Positions 52,287 to 63,210 of a stretch of DNA of 64,000 bases are shown here, piece by piece; positions within the stretch are counted from its first letter, which is position 1, and each line of letters opens with the position of its first letter. This DNA is from an uncultured Chloroflexia bacterium (GTDB lineage: Bacteria > Chloroflexota > UBA6077 > JACCZL01), in the NCBI GenBank assembly GCA_963765765.1, contig CAVXYC010000001.1, positions 128,001-192,000 on the forward strand, read 5' to 3'. Both the position numbers and the translations under genes were made by a program. The notes under the pieces were generated by a model. The model searched no databases. It was not told the DNA's origin and was given only the letters and a program-made list of their open reading frames with translations.

Positions 52287-54031
52287 AGCCTGTTGAAAAA
52301 CGCGGGCATGGAGATCAAAAGCGCTGCCCTCGTCGGTGCGGCAGATCGTCTTCACGCGATGCTCAGACACGGGAAGGCGACCCTTGGAGTGGCTGGGGCG
52401 GTGGTCGGTGGGCGGACGGCCCCTCCGGCGCCCCACCCGGCCCTGGCCGCCGCCCCCAGCCAGCCCTTCGGAGCAGTCGCTTCAGGTTCTGGCCAGCCGC
52501 GACCACGAGCGCCTCGACGTGACCTGCCAGAGTCCGCGAAGCCGGAACGGCTCAGCCCGTGCCAGTCTTTGGCTTCGCCGAACAGCGGCTCAACCCAGAC
52601 CTTCCGCTTGGCCATGGCCTTCTCGTAGGCAGCCGTCTGGTGGTAGGCGTGCACACGCTCGAGGTACTCGGCGTACAAGGACCTCTGGACCTGGCGTCCC
52701 TGGCTGCCCTCGGTGCAGGCAGCCTTGAGCGGGCACGCCTGGCAGGTGGCGGCCTCAGCGCGGTAGACGACGACACCTTCGGTGTACTTGGCCGTCCGAC
52801 GTCGCAGCACCTGGCCTTCGGGGCAGCGGTACTCGTCGCGGTCCGAATCGTAGGTGAAGTGCGAGGCGCCATAGAACGGCGTCCGCTGGTCGAAGTCCGA
52901 CAGCGGAACGTAGGCGTAGATCTTCTGATCCTGGACCTCGACGATGTTCTCGACGGTCCCGTAGGTCGTGTCGCCGGTCACCTGGTCGGGGCGGATCCGC
53001 CAGCGGAAGCAGGCGCGCCAAAGCATGTCCAGGAATGGCTGGTTCTCCATCACGTCGGCCGGGGTCACCAGGACCTCGAGGATGATGCGGGCCTTGCCCC
53101 CATCAACGACGTAGTGGTCGTGGTACCCGAAGGAGAGTCCGCCTTTCTTGAGCGCCATCAGGGCGGCATCAGGATCGGTGGCGCTCGCCTCGAAATCAGA
53201 GCGGCGCCGATAGCCGTCTCGGATGATGGTCCGATCGGGTGCCCCGTTGCGGGCTAGCTAGTCGTGCCGCTCGCCATTGGTTTGAGCGAGCTGCTCTCGC
53301 TCGGCTTCCGTGATCGGGACCGGCAGGTCGATCGGCTGGCTCCCGTCTTCCTCCGGACTCGACTCATCGGGACCGTCACCGGTAAACAGCTCACCGAGGT
53401 GCGCCTCGACCGCAAAGCGCGGGGCGATCGAGTCAAGCGATGCATTACCCGGCACTTGCGTGGCATCGACGTACAGCTCTTTGCCCCAGACCAGCCCAGC
53501 CTCGCGGCACTGCTCGACGATCACTGCGAAGAAGCGGCGAAAGATGGCCAGGCCGTAGCGCTGTCGAATCCTGGAGAGGCTGGAGTGATCGGGCAGCGCC
53601 TCGTCCAAGGCGTACCCAAGGTACCAGCGGTGGGCGAGATGGAGGCTCGCGATCTCAATCAGGTGCCGCTCCGAGCGGATCCCCTCGAAGAACATGATCA
53701 ACTGGAGCTTGAAGAAGATGCTGGGGTCGATGCTCGGCCGCCCAGATCTCTTATACGTGCTACGGACCAGGTCGCGGACGAACGTCAGATCAAGCTCTGA
53801 CTCCAGAAGACGGTAGAAATGGTGAACGGGAACCAGCGCGTCCAGCGCTGCCAGCACCGGTTGGTCCACCCGGCGCACCTTGGCCGGGCCGAGCATGAAG
53901 AAAGAATCCAGTCTAGGGTCGGACGGCGGCCCCGACCGGCACGGGGCCGATCACGGCTCGCCACCCGGGCAATGATTTGCTTAGAACCGTACCAGCCGAC
54001 AGTGACGTGGCGTCGACTTTTTCAACAGGCT
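52287..54031 (-). mobile_element. IS1182-family insertion sequence
   Basis: Terminal IR AGCCTGTTGAAAAA / TTTTTCAACAGGCT (extends to 15 bp); flanking CGGGG direct repeats. Confidence 0.88.
52352..53896 (-). pseudogene. IS1182-family DDE transposase with in-frame TAG at 53258-53260 and frameshift near 52540
   Basis: GRPSIDP, GIRSER, PDHSSLSR, VDAT, TDPDA, GDTTYG, YRCPEG, VEPLFGEAK. Confidence 0.88.
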
Positions 54032-54051
54032 CGGGGGTTATCGGAACTTGG

Positions 54052-54080
54052 TTGACGTGCTTGGGAGTGCGGCGCATAGT
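54052..54080 (+). promoter_or_regulatory. Sigma70-like promoter, probably leaderless
   Basis: TTGACG-17 bp-CATAGT, 9 bp before the ATG at 54090. Confidence 0.5.
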
Positions 54081-54089
54081 ACGGGTACC

Positions 54090-55088
54090 ATGGATCGGCC
54101 CACCCGTCGCGCATTCCTGCGAGGCACTCTGGCCGCGGCGGCGGCTGGCTTGCTGTCCGGCTGCGGGCTGGTAGCGCCACGGTCTCAGCAGGCAGTTCGG
54201 ACACCTCGCATCGGCTACCTGTGGTCCGGCGCACAGGAATGGGCCGACGCTTTCCGCGAGGGCCTGGCAGAGCTGGGTTACGTTGAGGGCAGCACGGTCA
54301 CCGTGGAGTGGCGACCGGCCGATGGACAGGTCGATCGCTTCCCCGGGCTGGCCGCCGAGTTCGTGAGCATGCCGGTCGACGTGATCGTGGCCTCCGGGAT
54401 CAGCCCTATCCGGGCCGCGATGCGCGCCACCAGCACCATCCCGATTGTGATGGTGCAGACGGCCGACCCGGTGGCGGACGGTTTTGTGGCCAGTCTGGCA
54501 CGGCCGGGAGGAAACATCACCGGACAGACCAGCATCGCCCGCGAGCTGATTGGCAAGCGGTTGGAAGTCCTGAGGCAGGCACTCCCGTCCGTGTCACGGG
54601 TGGGCGTTATCTGGAACCCCGACCCCGATATCAACCACGCCGGCCAGGTGCGGGATGCGGAGGCCACGGCCGGCGCACTGGGGATGACGCTGGTGTCGCT
54701 GGAGGCGCAGGAGACCGCCGCCATGGAGGGCGCATTCGAGCGAGCGGTGCATGAGCGGGTCGATGCGCTGACCCTGGTGGACAATGTCGTGCTGACGAGC
54801 AATCCGGCGCGTGTCGGCGGGCTGGCACTGGCGCATCGGTTGCCAATGACGTCGACCGGTCAATATGTGACGGCCGGCGGATTGATCGGCTACGGGCCAA
54901 ATCGTCCCGCCCAGGAGCGGCGCGCCGCCACCTACGTCGACAAGATCCTGAAGGGCGCCAATCCCGCGGAACTCCCCGTTGAGCGGCCGGAGAAATTTGA
55001 CCTGGTGATCAATCTCAAGACCGCGCAGGCGCTGGGTCTGACGATTCCACAGTCGGTCCTGGCCGAGGCGACCGAGATCATCCAGTAA
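54090..55088 (+). CDS. ABC_sub_bind-family substrate-binding lipoprotein
   Basis: RRAFL plus LSGC; PRIGYL, DPVADGFVASLARPGGNITG, LVINLKTAQALGLTIPQS. Confidence 0.93.
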   Translation: MDRPTRRAFLRGTLAAAAAGLLSGCGLVAPRSQQAVRTPRIGYLWSGAQEWADAFREGLAELGYVEGSTVTVEWRPADGQVDRFPGLAAEFVSMPVDVIVASGISPIRAAMRATSTIPIVMVQTADPVADGFVASLARPGGNITGQTSIARELIGKRLEVLRQALPSVSRVGVIWNPDPDINHAGQVRDAEATAGALGMTLVSLEAQETAAMEGAFERAVHERVDALTLVDNVVLTSNPARVGGLALAHRLPMTSTGQYVTAGGLIGYGPNRPAQERRAATYVDKILKGANPAELPVERPEKFDLVINLKTAQALGLTIPQSVLAEATEIIQ

Positions 55089-55138
55089 CCCCACGAGTCT
55101 TTCTTCTACATCTCTTCGCTCATTCAGCTAGGTTGTCT

Positions 55139-55166
55139 CGGTCCGATAATGGGGGTTATCGGCACC
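55139..55166. repeat. dif-like symmetric recombination site
   Basis: CGGTCCGATAA-TGGGGG-TTATCGGCACC. Confidence 0.65.
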
Positions 55167-55355
55167 TGTTTGAAAAGGCGGAGCGTGTCTCAGTGGAGCA
55201 GGTTGTCTACCGAATGACGTGACCCTGTGGGCGACGACCGGTGGCTGAACCAGGGTGGGCCGCTACTCACCCGGTTGGTGTCTTGGCACATCGCCAATTG
55301 AGTGCTAGATTGCGCCGGAGTGCGCGATGACGCGCCCGAAACGAGAGGGAGCGCC

Positions 55356-56022
55356 ATGGACCCGTTGACCGTCCTCATGACCGCCCTTGGTGTGGTGCGA
55401 CCCTGCTCAAACCGGCGGCGGATAAAGCCGTCGCTGATGGCTACGACGCCCTCAAGACGCTCATCGTTCGCAAGTTCGGGAAGCGCGACCCGGCGCTCGA
55501 CTCGGTGCTCAGCCACCATGCGCAAGACCCGGAAGGGTGGAGACACCCGACCGAGCAACTGCTGGCTGGCGTGGGCGCTGATCGTGATCAGGAGGTGCTC
55601 GATCGCGCCACGGAGCTGATTCGGCGAGCCGAGACCACGAGGCCAGGTATCTCTCCGGGCTGATCGGACAGATCAACGCCCAGGGCGGGAGGGTCGTGGT
55701 GACCCACGCGGACCGAGGGGGCTATGCCGCCGGGCGCGACATCATCATCGGGGGACGGGTCGGGCAGGAACTCCTGCGGATACCGGGGTTGGTGAAAGCA
55801 CTGCTCGTCTTCGGCACGGTGCTGGCCATCATCGGCTTCGCGATCATCGGCGCCGGGGTGCTGTCGTGGATCGCGGCATTACCGAAGCTCGGGCCCAGTT
55901 CCCCGCCGCCCCAGTTCCCACCACCGGGGGTGATGACCGGGGCTCCGATCTTCTTCTCAGGGATCGTCCTGCTCGTCCTGACGGGACTGGCCTATGTCCT
56001 CACTCGACGGCCAGGCGACTGA
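55356..56022 (+). CDS. Bell-like helical domain, putative amyloid motif and two TM helices (frameshifted)
   Basis: MDPLTVLMTALG...AVADGYDALKTLIVRKF...GADRDQEVLDRA; GLIGQINAQGG...GGYAAGRDIII; two hydrophobic helices. Confidence 0.6.
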
Positions 56023-56025
56023 CGG

Positions 56026-57158
56026 TTAGCCACCGAGTGCGGCTTCCATGCGGGTCGCGCTTTCTCGGCGAGCCTGTTCCAGAATGTGGCCGTAAATGTC
56101 CAGGGTCGTCTGACTGCGATCATGACCAAGCTGCTCCATAACCTCCCGCACGCTGGCGCCCATGGCGAACTGGAACGTGGCGCACGTGTGGCGCAGGTTG
56201 TGGAATGGAGTCCTCTGGATTCCCGCCTTCGCCAATGCGGCCTGAAAGCGGTGCGTCACGTTGGAGCGGTCCAATGGTGTGCCGGCCGCGGACGTGAAGA
56301 CGAGCCCAGCGGATTCCAGTGATCGGGTCGACCGGCCAAGAGATGGTCCTCCCTCTGCTTGGCTCGCTGCGCGTACAGGGCGTCCAACGCGGGTCCTGGC
56401 AGCGCCAGGTTTCGACGCGACCGGCGTGTTTTTGGTTCGACCAGTTGGTATTCCCCGCTGACCTTCTGAAGTTGCTTGCGTACGCGAAGCTCCTTCTGAT
56501 CCAGGTCCACATCTGCCCAACGAAGTCCTAGAACCTCCCCCTGGCGGAGTCCCAGGGCTAGCGCCACGGTGAACAACGCTTCGAGCGGATTCTGTTGGAT
56601 GGATTGCAGAAAAACTTTCGCTTCCTCGAGCGACAGAGGACGGCGCTCGACAGGCTCGTGCTTCGGCCCGTCGACAAGCGCAGCCACATTGCGTCCGACA
56701 ATTCCCCACTTCACCGCTCTACCGAGCGCGATACGTAGCACCGACAGAATGTATCGGACTGACGTGACGGACAGGCCCTCCGCCGACTTTGCCTTCAAGA
56801 GTCGCTGGATCGCCGACGGTTCCAGGCTTGAAAGGCGCGCACGACCAAGGCTCGGGCTGATGTGTAGCTTTACGGTGGCCGCGTAGCTCTCGTAGGTGCG
56901 TGGCCGGACGGACGGTTTCACATGGTTCTCAAGCCAGTCTGTGAGGAATTGATCGAGAGTCAGTCGCTCTGGTGGGACAGGCAATCCCTTCTGCAGGTCG
57001 CGTTTCAATGTATTGAGCCGAGAAATCAGATCGCGTTGCTCGCGGGCATAGAACGACTTCGTCCGACCGTTCAAAAGGGATACCCGAGCTTCCCAACGTC
57101 CGTCGGGGCGAAGGCGAATCATGCCCTCATGATTTGCGCGTCGCTTCATACCCGCCAT
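56026..57158 (-). CDS. Tyrosine recombinase/integrase; frameshift near 56320
   Basis: RANHEGMIRLRPDGRWEA, GLRQGEVLGLRW, PKT, FHNLRHT, LGH, TLDIYGH. Confidence 0.93.
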
Positions 57159-57225
57159 CTTTAGCTCCTGAGTGCTGTCCGAGATTTACTAGTTCGGTAC
57201 ACAGAACGGCATTTCATTGACCGCG

Positions 57226-57468
57226 TCATGTGACGTTTCCCCATTCCCGGCGCTCCAAACCTCTCACGCGGCAACCAGCAATGTCGAACGCGGGAGACGC
57301 GAGTCGGCCATTTACACATCCTCCTCCGTCAGCCTCGCGGCGAGTCTCCGCATACAGATACTTGCGTTGGCGCTTTCCGTCTTTCCAACCGAGGTCGAGG
57401 ACTGCGACCCAACGCCCATCTTGCCGCGGGTGAATCGAACCCTCACCGTGCCCTCGTCGACTAGTCAC
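57226..57468 (-). pseudogene. Truncated integrase N-terminal (arm-binding) fragment
   Basis: RRGHGEGSIHPRQDGRWVAVLDLG...RKYLYAETRREA, after which homology ends. Confidence 0.75.
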
Positions 57469-57659
57469 TATCCCGCCTCCTCCGCTCGCTGCTCACGCTT
57501 GCGCCGCTGATACGCCCCCACGCGGCAGGCGTTCCCGCAGTAGATCTTCTTCGTAGTTCCCTCAATTGGAACCCCGCAAATGACGCACGCGCTCGTCACC
57601 CTTCGACGGTATGCTGCGAGGGCACGAGCTGCCTGCGCAGCCCCATCATCTTTGCCCAA
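57468..57659 (-). CDS. Small Cys4 zinc-finger protein
   Basis: CVICG...YCGNACRVGAYQRR; AGGAGG RBS. Confidence 0.7.
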   Translation of the reverse strand: MGKDDGAAQAARALAAYRRRVTSACVICGVPIEGTTKKIYCGNACRVGAYQRRKREQRAEEAG

Positions 57660-57896
57660 ATGAGTACCTCCTGAAACATTATAAGCTAATAATGTCGTTC
57701 GACTGCCCTGCCAGAGATGTGCGGCCTAGCGATCTCGAAAGGTGGGTTTGGGACGGTCCGGCGATCTTGACCATGTGGACTGGCAAGGTCGAATACAGGC
57801 TGATCGACCTATTCGCGGCAAACAGCGAGCCGATTTGCTCCCGCAATTCACTTGAGGATGTAATAACGACCGCGTTGTCAGACGATGGCTACATAA

Positions 57897-57978
57897 CACC
57901 GTCCACAGCGTCCAGAGCGTCCAGGCCACAACCCCTGCCGTTGAAATACTGGACGCTATGGACGGTGTGGACGCTCTG
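57897..57978. repeat. Inverted arrays of 9-bp repeats (CGTCCA core, 3+3)
   Basis: CCGTCCACA GCGTCCAGA GCGTCCAGG ... CTGGACGCT ATGGACGGT GTGGACGCT. Confidence 0.75.
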
Positions 57979-58157
57979 CGGGGCCCTGTTTGGAGGACGA
58001 CTCGGAATTGTCCGCGATGGGGCTGCCCGTTCGCTGGTCATGATCGCGGCGACCATCGGGCTCTCTCACTCGTCCTCCATGGCGTACAAACTGCAACTGC
58101 GAGCGTCACGAGTCATCCTTGGAGATCGAGCCCTCCCCGTGGCCGCGGCGGGTCATG

Positions 58158-58427
58158 CTAGTCCCGAACCCACAAATAGAATCCGGTGCGCACGGGCATT
58201 CGCTCCACCGTCATCCCGGCCGCTCGAAGCTGATCAGCCAGCGTTGTCAGGACGTCGGCCTTCGATGAGTCAGAGGTCTCTTCCGCTGGGAACGAGCCCT
58301 GTGGTGGTGGACGAAGTCGAATCGTCCATCCCCCTCCACCATTCGCCTCCAGATCGTAAAGACCGGCGTTCCCGCCAGCCTTCATTACAGCATTGACCTG
58401 TGCGCGTAGATCGGATGAAGTAGTCAT
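58158..58427 (-). CDS. Hypothetical protein
   Basis: 89-aa ORF in the integrase-linked region. Confidence 0.5.
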   Translation of the reverse strand: MTTSSDLRAQVNAVMKAGGNAGLYDLEANGGGGWTIRLRPPPQGSFPAEETSDSSKADVLTTLADQLRAAGMTVERMPVRTGFYLWVRD

Positions 58428-58519
58428 GCTCGAGCCCCGCTTTCAGTCTGAGAAGATGGAGTCCTGGATCACGCGTGAGTGCGATTGCTCTAAAACCGGC
58501 GAGACGAAAGACTCTCACC

Positions 58520-58933
58520 TCAGCCGTCGATGAATTCATCCACGGCCGTAAATCTCTCCCAATTCTCAGTTCTTGCAAGATGAATCAGCGTGGAGGTGAT
58601 GGCTTCGACCAGCTTTGGCCCTGGTTCCAGGACATCCAGGTAGACGGGCTCATCGTGCATTTTGTGGATGAAGATCTCGCCGCTTTGCGGATACACGGCG
58701 ATCGTGAGCGATCGGGGCATGCCGTCCCCTTGCCACACGACGTGCCAGCCTCGAGAGCTTTCGTGAGTATCTGGCCTCATGCTCATAAGTGCCAGATGAT
58801 CGTTCGATAGAGCCACGGCCTCCTCGAGGATCTGCTGGATCGCAAGAATCAGATCGTCGGCTTTCTCCTGTCGCTCGTCTGCCTTTTCGCGAGAATTTCT
58901 GATTTCTGCTTTGAGGTCATCAGTCCAGGGCAT
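58520..58933 (-). CDS. Hypothetical protein
   Basis: AGGTGG RBS; globular-looking 137-aa ORF. Confidence 0.6.
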   Translation of the reverse strand: MPWTDDLKAEIRNSREKADERQEKADDLILAIQQILEEAVALSNDHLALMSMRPDTHESSRGWHVVWQGDGMPRSLTIAVYPQSGEIFIHKMHDEPVYLDVLEPGPKLVEAITSTLIHLARTENWERFTAVDEFIDG

Positions 58934-59019
58934 TTGTCACACCACCTAACCCGTCTATCACCAGCAGCGGCCGCCGAGATGAGCGAAGGGAAGGTCGCTC
59001 GTAGGTCGGGTTCATGCGA

Positions 59020-59874
59020 TTAGCCGGATGACGATGATCGCCCTGCTAACTGCCGGCCGCGCTCAAGCGCGGCGTAGCTTCTCGGAGCGGCCGCGACGAT
59101 CATTCTGAAGCCCTCTTCGAGGCGTTGCTCGACGTCATTGACATCGGCGATGGTGCAGCATGGGACGCGGGCATCCTGGCAGGCGTGAAGAATCGCCTGA
59201 ATGGCCGCTTCTACCTCTGGATGTTTGCCCTGACCGGCGTGGCCCAGGTCGACCGATAGATCGCCGGAGCCTGCCCAGATGGCGCTCAAGCCTCTGACCT
59301 CCTTCAAGATTGCTGGTAGATTCTTAACGCCTTCCTTGTCCTCAACGATGGCCATGCAGAAGATCTCGCCTTGCAGACCGTACGGCCACAGCTCGGCGGC
59401 GGCGTAATACTCTTGGATATTGAGGCCCCAGTAACGCGAGGCGTGGCGCGGAAACCAGCCTCTCTGGCCATGATCGGCCTCGCCGGGTCTCGGATAGCGC
59501 ACCGCGGCCACCAGCGCCCGGGCTTGCTCGACAGTCGATAGATGCGGCTGGACAACCCCGTAGACGCCGCAGTCCAGCGTCTGCTTGATAACCCACTGGT
59601 TCATCTCACCCGCGTTCGGCGGCACCCGCACGAGTGGTACGACAGCCGGCGCAATCGAACCGCTCTTCGCAATACGCGCCCGATTCAACAGATGCTGGAG
59701 CGTGGACCTCAGATTGGGGAAATCGAAATCGAGGTGCTCCATGTCAAAGATGACGAAGTCGTTGTCCGACTCCGCTATGGCCATCGCATCATCCAGCGCG
59801 CCATTGGGCGCGGTCAGACCGAACGCGGGCTTGCCCGACTCCAGCAGGCCAATCAATGAGTTGAGCCGAGCCAT
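59020..59874 (-). CDS. HpcH/HpaI aldolase family protein
   Basis: FDMEH, PLVRVP, TLDCGVYGVVQP, IVEDKEG, GSGDLS. Confidence 0.9.
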   Translation of the reverse strand: MARLNSLIGLLESGKPAFGLTAPNGALDDAMAIAESDNDFVIFDMEHLDFDFPNLRSTLQHLLNRARIAKSGSIAPAVVPLVRVPPNAGEMNQWVIKQTLDCGVYGVVQPHLSTVEQARALVAAVRYPRPGEADHGQRGWFPRHASRYWGLNIQEYYAAAELWPYGLQGEIFCMAIVEDKEGVKNLPAILKEVRGLSAIWAGSGDLSVDLGHAGQGKHPEVEAAIQAILHACQDARVPCCTIADVNDVEQRLEEGFRMIVAAAPRSYAALERGRQLAGRSSSSG

Positions 59875-59978
59875 GGTCAACTCCAAATGCGGTGGGTTGC
59901 TGCGCGTAGAGTAGCACCGATCAGGTGACCTGCGAACGACGAGAGCGCCGGCGTCTCCCGATCTTGACCGCGGTCGTC

Positions 59979-61183
59979 TTACCGGAAGAAGAATCGCTCG
60001 AACATCTCCACATACTCGTTGTTGCGTTGAATCTGATCATCGGTACGACGCTGCGGATTGATCTCGCCAATGCTTGGGTAGCCGGCGGGCGGAGGGAGAT
60101 AGGCCAGGGCGGCGTGTGACTGAATGTGCTGCACCACTCCGCGCTGCCCATCCTCTGAGACAAGCCAGCTCACCCATAGCTTGGCAGCGTCCTCACCGGC
60201 GCGTCCTTTAACACGCCTACGTTTAATTCCACAGCGGTTGAGCCGCCATCACGCATCCACTCCACTTTTACGGGAGCGATCGCCTGCATATCGAGCAGCT
60301 CGCTGGTGATCCCGATCGGGAAATACATCGCGTATTCACCGCGAGCTATCTGCTGGGACACCGTGCCGCCTACCTCGCGAGACCAGGTCGGCTCCTGGTC
60401 TTTGAATTTGTCCAAGTACTCCTGGCCGAGCTGGTGGTAATTGATCGTGAAGTACTCCAGGCCGGTCCCACCCATCCGTGGATCGCTCACCAGCATCTTC
60501 CCCTTGCCCTTCCAGAACGGGTCCAACACGTCCTGACGCGTGCGCGGGATCTTGTTCTCAGGGACGAGGCTCGTGTTCAAAATCATCCCGAATACGTTGG
60601 TGCTATAGGGCCACCGGGTCTTGCCCGCGGACAAGGGCACGGGCGGCAGATCAGCAACGTTTGCTGGCCCTTCCCATTCCAGTAGATGACCGGCCTGCTC
60701 GATTGTCGTCATGGAGGTTGCGCCTGCGCTGGCGACGCTCGCGATGCGACGGCTGGCGGTGCCTTCCGCCGCCAGGCGCTGGATCATCTCCGGTGTGCGG
60801 AGCTGCACGCGCTCCACCTCGATGCCAGGGAAGGCCTTCTGAAACTGCTCGATGAGCGGATCAGCCTCCACCCCGAACGTCGCGTAATGGGTCACCTTTG
60901 TCTGACCCGACGTGAGCGCCTTCTGATAGTACTCAGCGAGTTTGGCAGCGACCACCGCGGCACTCGATGAGGTCGGGGCGGACGACTTGGGCTCGGCGGC
61001 TATGGCCGCGGAGGGGGCCGCTGTCACTGCGGGTGGGGCCGCTGTCGCCGCCGGCTGCGCCGTAGACGGCGCGATTGTCGGTGGCGGTGCAGCCAGCGGG
61101 GCGCACGCGGCGATGGTCAACGCGAGGATGATTCCGATGACAGGAAGCGAGCTGCGGCGCATGGAGAAAGGCATGGCAGCCAC
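59979..61183 (-). CDS. Extracellular solute-binding lipoprotein (Fe3+/polyamine-type); frameshift near 60195
   Basis: Lipobox IAAC, A/P-rich linker, FQKAFPGIEVE, NTSLV, ARGEY, then AAKLWVSWLVSEDGQ. Confidence 0.85.
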
Positions 61184-61626
61184 CCTTCACCCAGTGGACG
61201 TGTGGCGCGTCCTTCACATCGAAAAGCGCCGCGGCTCAGGGCCATCTCCCGAGCCCAACGCGTGCCCCACACGTAGCACCAGATACGCGACCTAGCGTAG
61301 TGCAGCCATGCGCACCTGTAAAGCTGTCCTAGGAAGTGTAAGTGTTCAGACTTGAGGGGATGAGTTTGTGACACGGCTGTGAGGTGCGGGCGAGTCACGC
61401 GGCCGTCACAGCCCGGTAGCGTGCGGCCATGATGCGCACGTGATCGACTTCACCGCTCATCCAGCAATTACGAGGCGAGGTGTGCGTAAGCAGGCCCTTC
61501 TGCTGGCGCGCGCCCCTGCAACAAGCCGTTTCGCCCAGCCGCGGTATCCGCAGCGGCCCGCCGGACCACCGAGACCTTCAAGCGTGCTGTGGCCGATCGC
61601 GACGTAGCGCTCGAGCCGCCTCATGG

Positions 61627-62499
61627 CTACTCGCAGAATCGTGGGACGCGGAAGACGAGCTCCTCGTCACCGATTTCGCGGCACAGGGTGTGGAGCTCGC
61701 TTCGCCGAGCACCTCGCCATTCGAGGTCCTCGAGGCTCTCGGCGAGCGGGACGTCGCGCCGGAGCGTCGCGAGCGTCTTATAGAGCGCCGCGTCGTCACG
61801 TCGCTCTCTCAAACTGGCAGCCAGCGCCGCGCCGCCTCGGACATTCACGTCCCATCGAGTCGGGTCGTCGGGGATGTCTTCGATCCGACCAAACCGACCG
61901 AGCACCGCGGACGCTGCTTTCTCGCCCCACCGCGGGATGCCGGGAAAGCCATCGGCCGAGTCGCCGACGAGAGCGAGCCAGTCCGGGATCGAACCCGGCG
62001 GCACACCGAACTTCTCGTTCACCTGCTTTTCGTCCATTAGGAGACGACGCATGCGATCGAAACGGACCACGCGCTGGTCGACGACGCACTGAGCAAGATC
62101 CTTGTCAGGGGTGCAGATCAGAATCTGTTCCACCTCGGGAATCGACGAGAAGCGCGCCGCGGCGGTGGCGAGAGCGTCGTCCGCTTCGAACTCGATCATT
62201 GACCACGTAGTGATTCCGAGTGCGCGCGACGCGCGTTCGGCGAGAGGAAATTGCGAGAGCAAGTCGTCCGGGATGCCCGCGCCGGTCTTGTACCCATCAA
62301 ACAGGTCGTTGCGGAACGACTCGATGACGTGGTCGAACGCGATGGCGACGTGACTGACTCCGTCCTCGCGCAGGAGCGAGAGCAGGGACCGAAGAATGCC
62401 GCGCGTCGCTCCTATTTCTCGATCGCCAACCTGGGCCTTGGGAGCTCCGAAGAAGGACCGAAACAACTCGTACGTGCCATCGACGAGATGGACCTTCAT
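61627..62499 (-). CDS. Stand-alone 5'-3' exonuclease / flap endonuclease
   Basis: HLVDGTYELFR, FRNDLFDGYK, EADD, DKDLAQ, LVGDSADGFPGI. Confidence 0.92.
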   Translation of the reverse strand: MKVHLVDGTYELFRSFFGAPKAQVGDREIGATRGILRSLLSLLREDGVSHVAIAFDHVIESFRNDLFDGYKTGAGIPDDLLSQFPLAERASRALGITTWSMIEFEADDALATAAARFSSIPEVEQILICTPDKDLAQCVVDQRVVRFDRMRRLLMDEKQVNEKFGVPPGSIPDWLALVGDSADGFPGIPRWGEKAASAVLGRFGRIEDIPDDPTRWDVNVRGGAALAASLRERRDDAALYKTLATLRRDVPLAESLEDLEWRGARRSELHTLCREIGDEELVFRVPRFCE

Positions 62500-62858
62500 C
62501 TGGTTGACTCGGTCAGCGTCTTCATGCCGAGATGAGCGTCCGCGATGCGCAACTCGTGCATCTGGTGCGCTTTCGGGGAAGGCGCGGCCACGAGATCCTG
62601 GTGCGTCCGGTGATCGTCGGCGGTGACTTGAATGCGGAATGATCTCGGCATACTGCGAGCATCCACCCCTCCGTCACTGGGTCACACCGATCGTTCTCGC
62701 CCGTACCAATGCAACCTTCCAGACCTCGTGTCACTGACTACCAGGCTGCGGATCAACGCTGGAGATGTTCGAGCCACTGCTCCCGCAGGATAACTGCGAC
62801 CCGTTTAGCAGTCGCCCCAATCCGACTGATTGAACGTGTAACTCACGGCCACAGCATA

Positions 62859-63119
62859 GACAGTGACGACGCCCATCTTAAACGGAATCCCTGCCCTCGG
62901 CTTATCACCGGGCAATCTCCGCATGCGGTCTCGCCAAAAGATGAACCAAGCGAACGGACGCCTTCAGGCCGCTCGGAAGGTCAGTGTGAAACGGAAAGGA
63001 ATGGAGGCGTTCGGCAACTCATTGTTATTGTTTTCCTAATAGTTATGCCGATGCATATTGCCCGGTGATAAACCGGCGGCACTCACTGAACTTCCATTCC
63101 GGGTAACCGTTTCGCTGTC
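62859..63119 (+). ncRNA. Candidate structured non-coding RNA (family unassigned)
   Basis: Nested stems 62899-62916/63057-63074, 62957-62966/63002-63011 and 62859-62866/63112-63119 within about 950 bp lacking a credible gene. Confidence 0.4.
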
Positions 63120-63210
63120 ATCACGCCGGGCCGACCCTCGTTCTCAGCTGGCGACCGAGCTTGGGATCAGACGGTGCGTCATTGTCAAGTCTGCAGGGGG
63201 GACCCAAATT

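Noticed and set aside
26754-55166. Palindromic sites as integron attC sites
   Set aside because: They lack the RYYYAAC...GTTRRRY ends and longer imperfect stem, and the integrase resembles the phage/ICE type rather than IntI.
57611-58396. 261-aa plus-strand ORF
   Set aside because: Runs through the 9-mer repeats and overlaps better-supported minus-strand ORFs; no domain signal.
62880-62910. RNase P RNA 3' end (CGGCTTAT)
   Set aside because: No GAGGAAAGTCC-type conserved 5' motif seen on either strand nearby.
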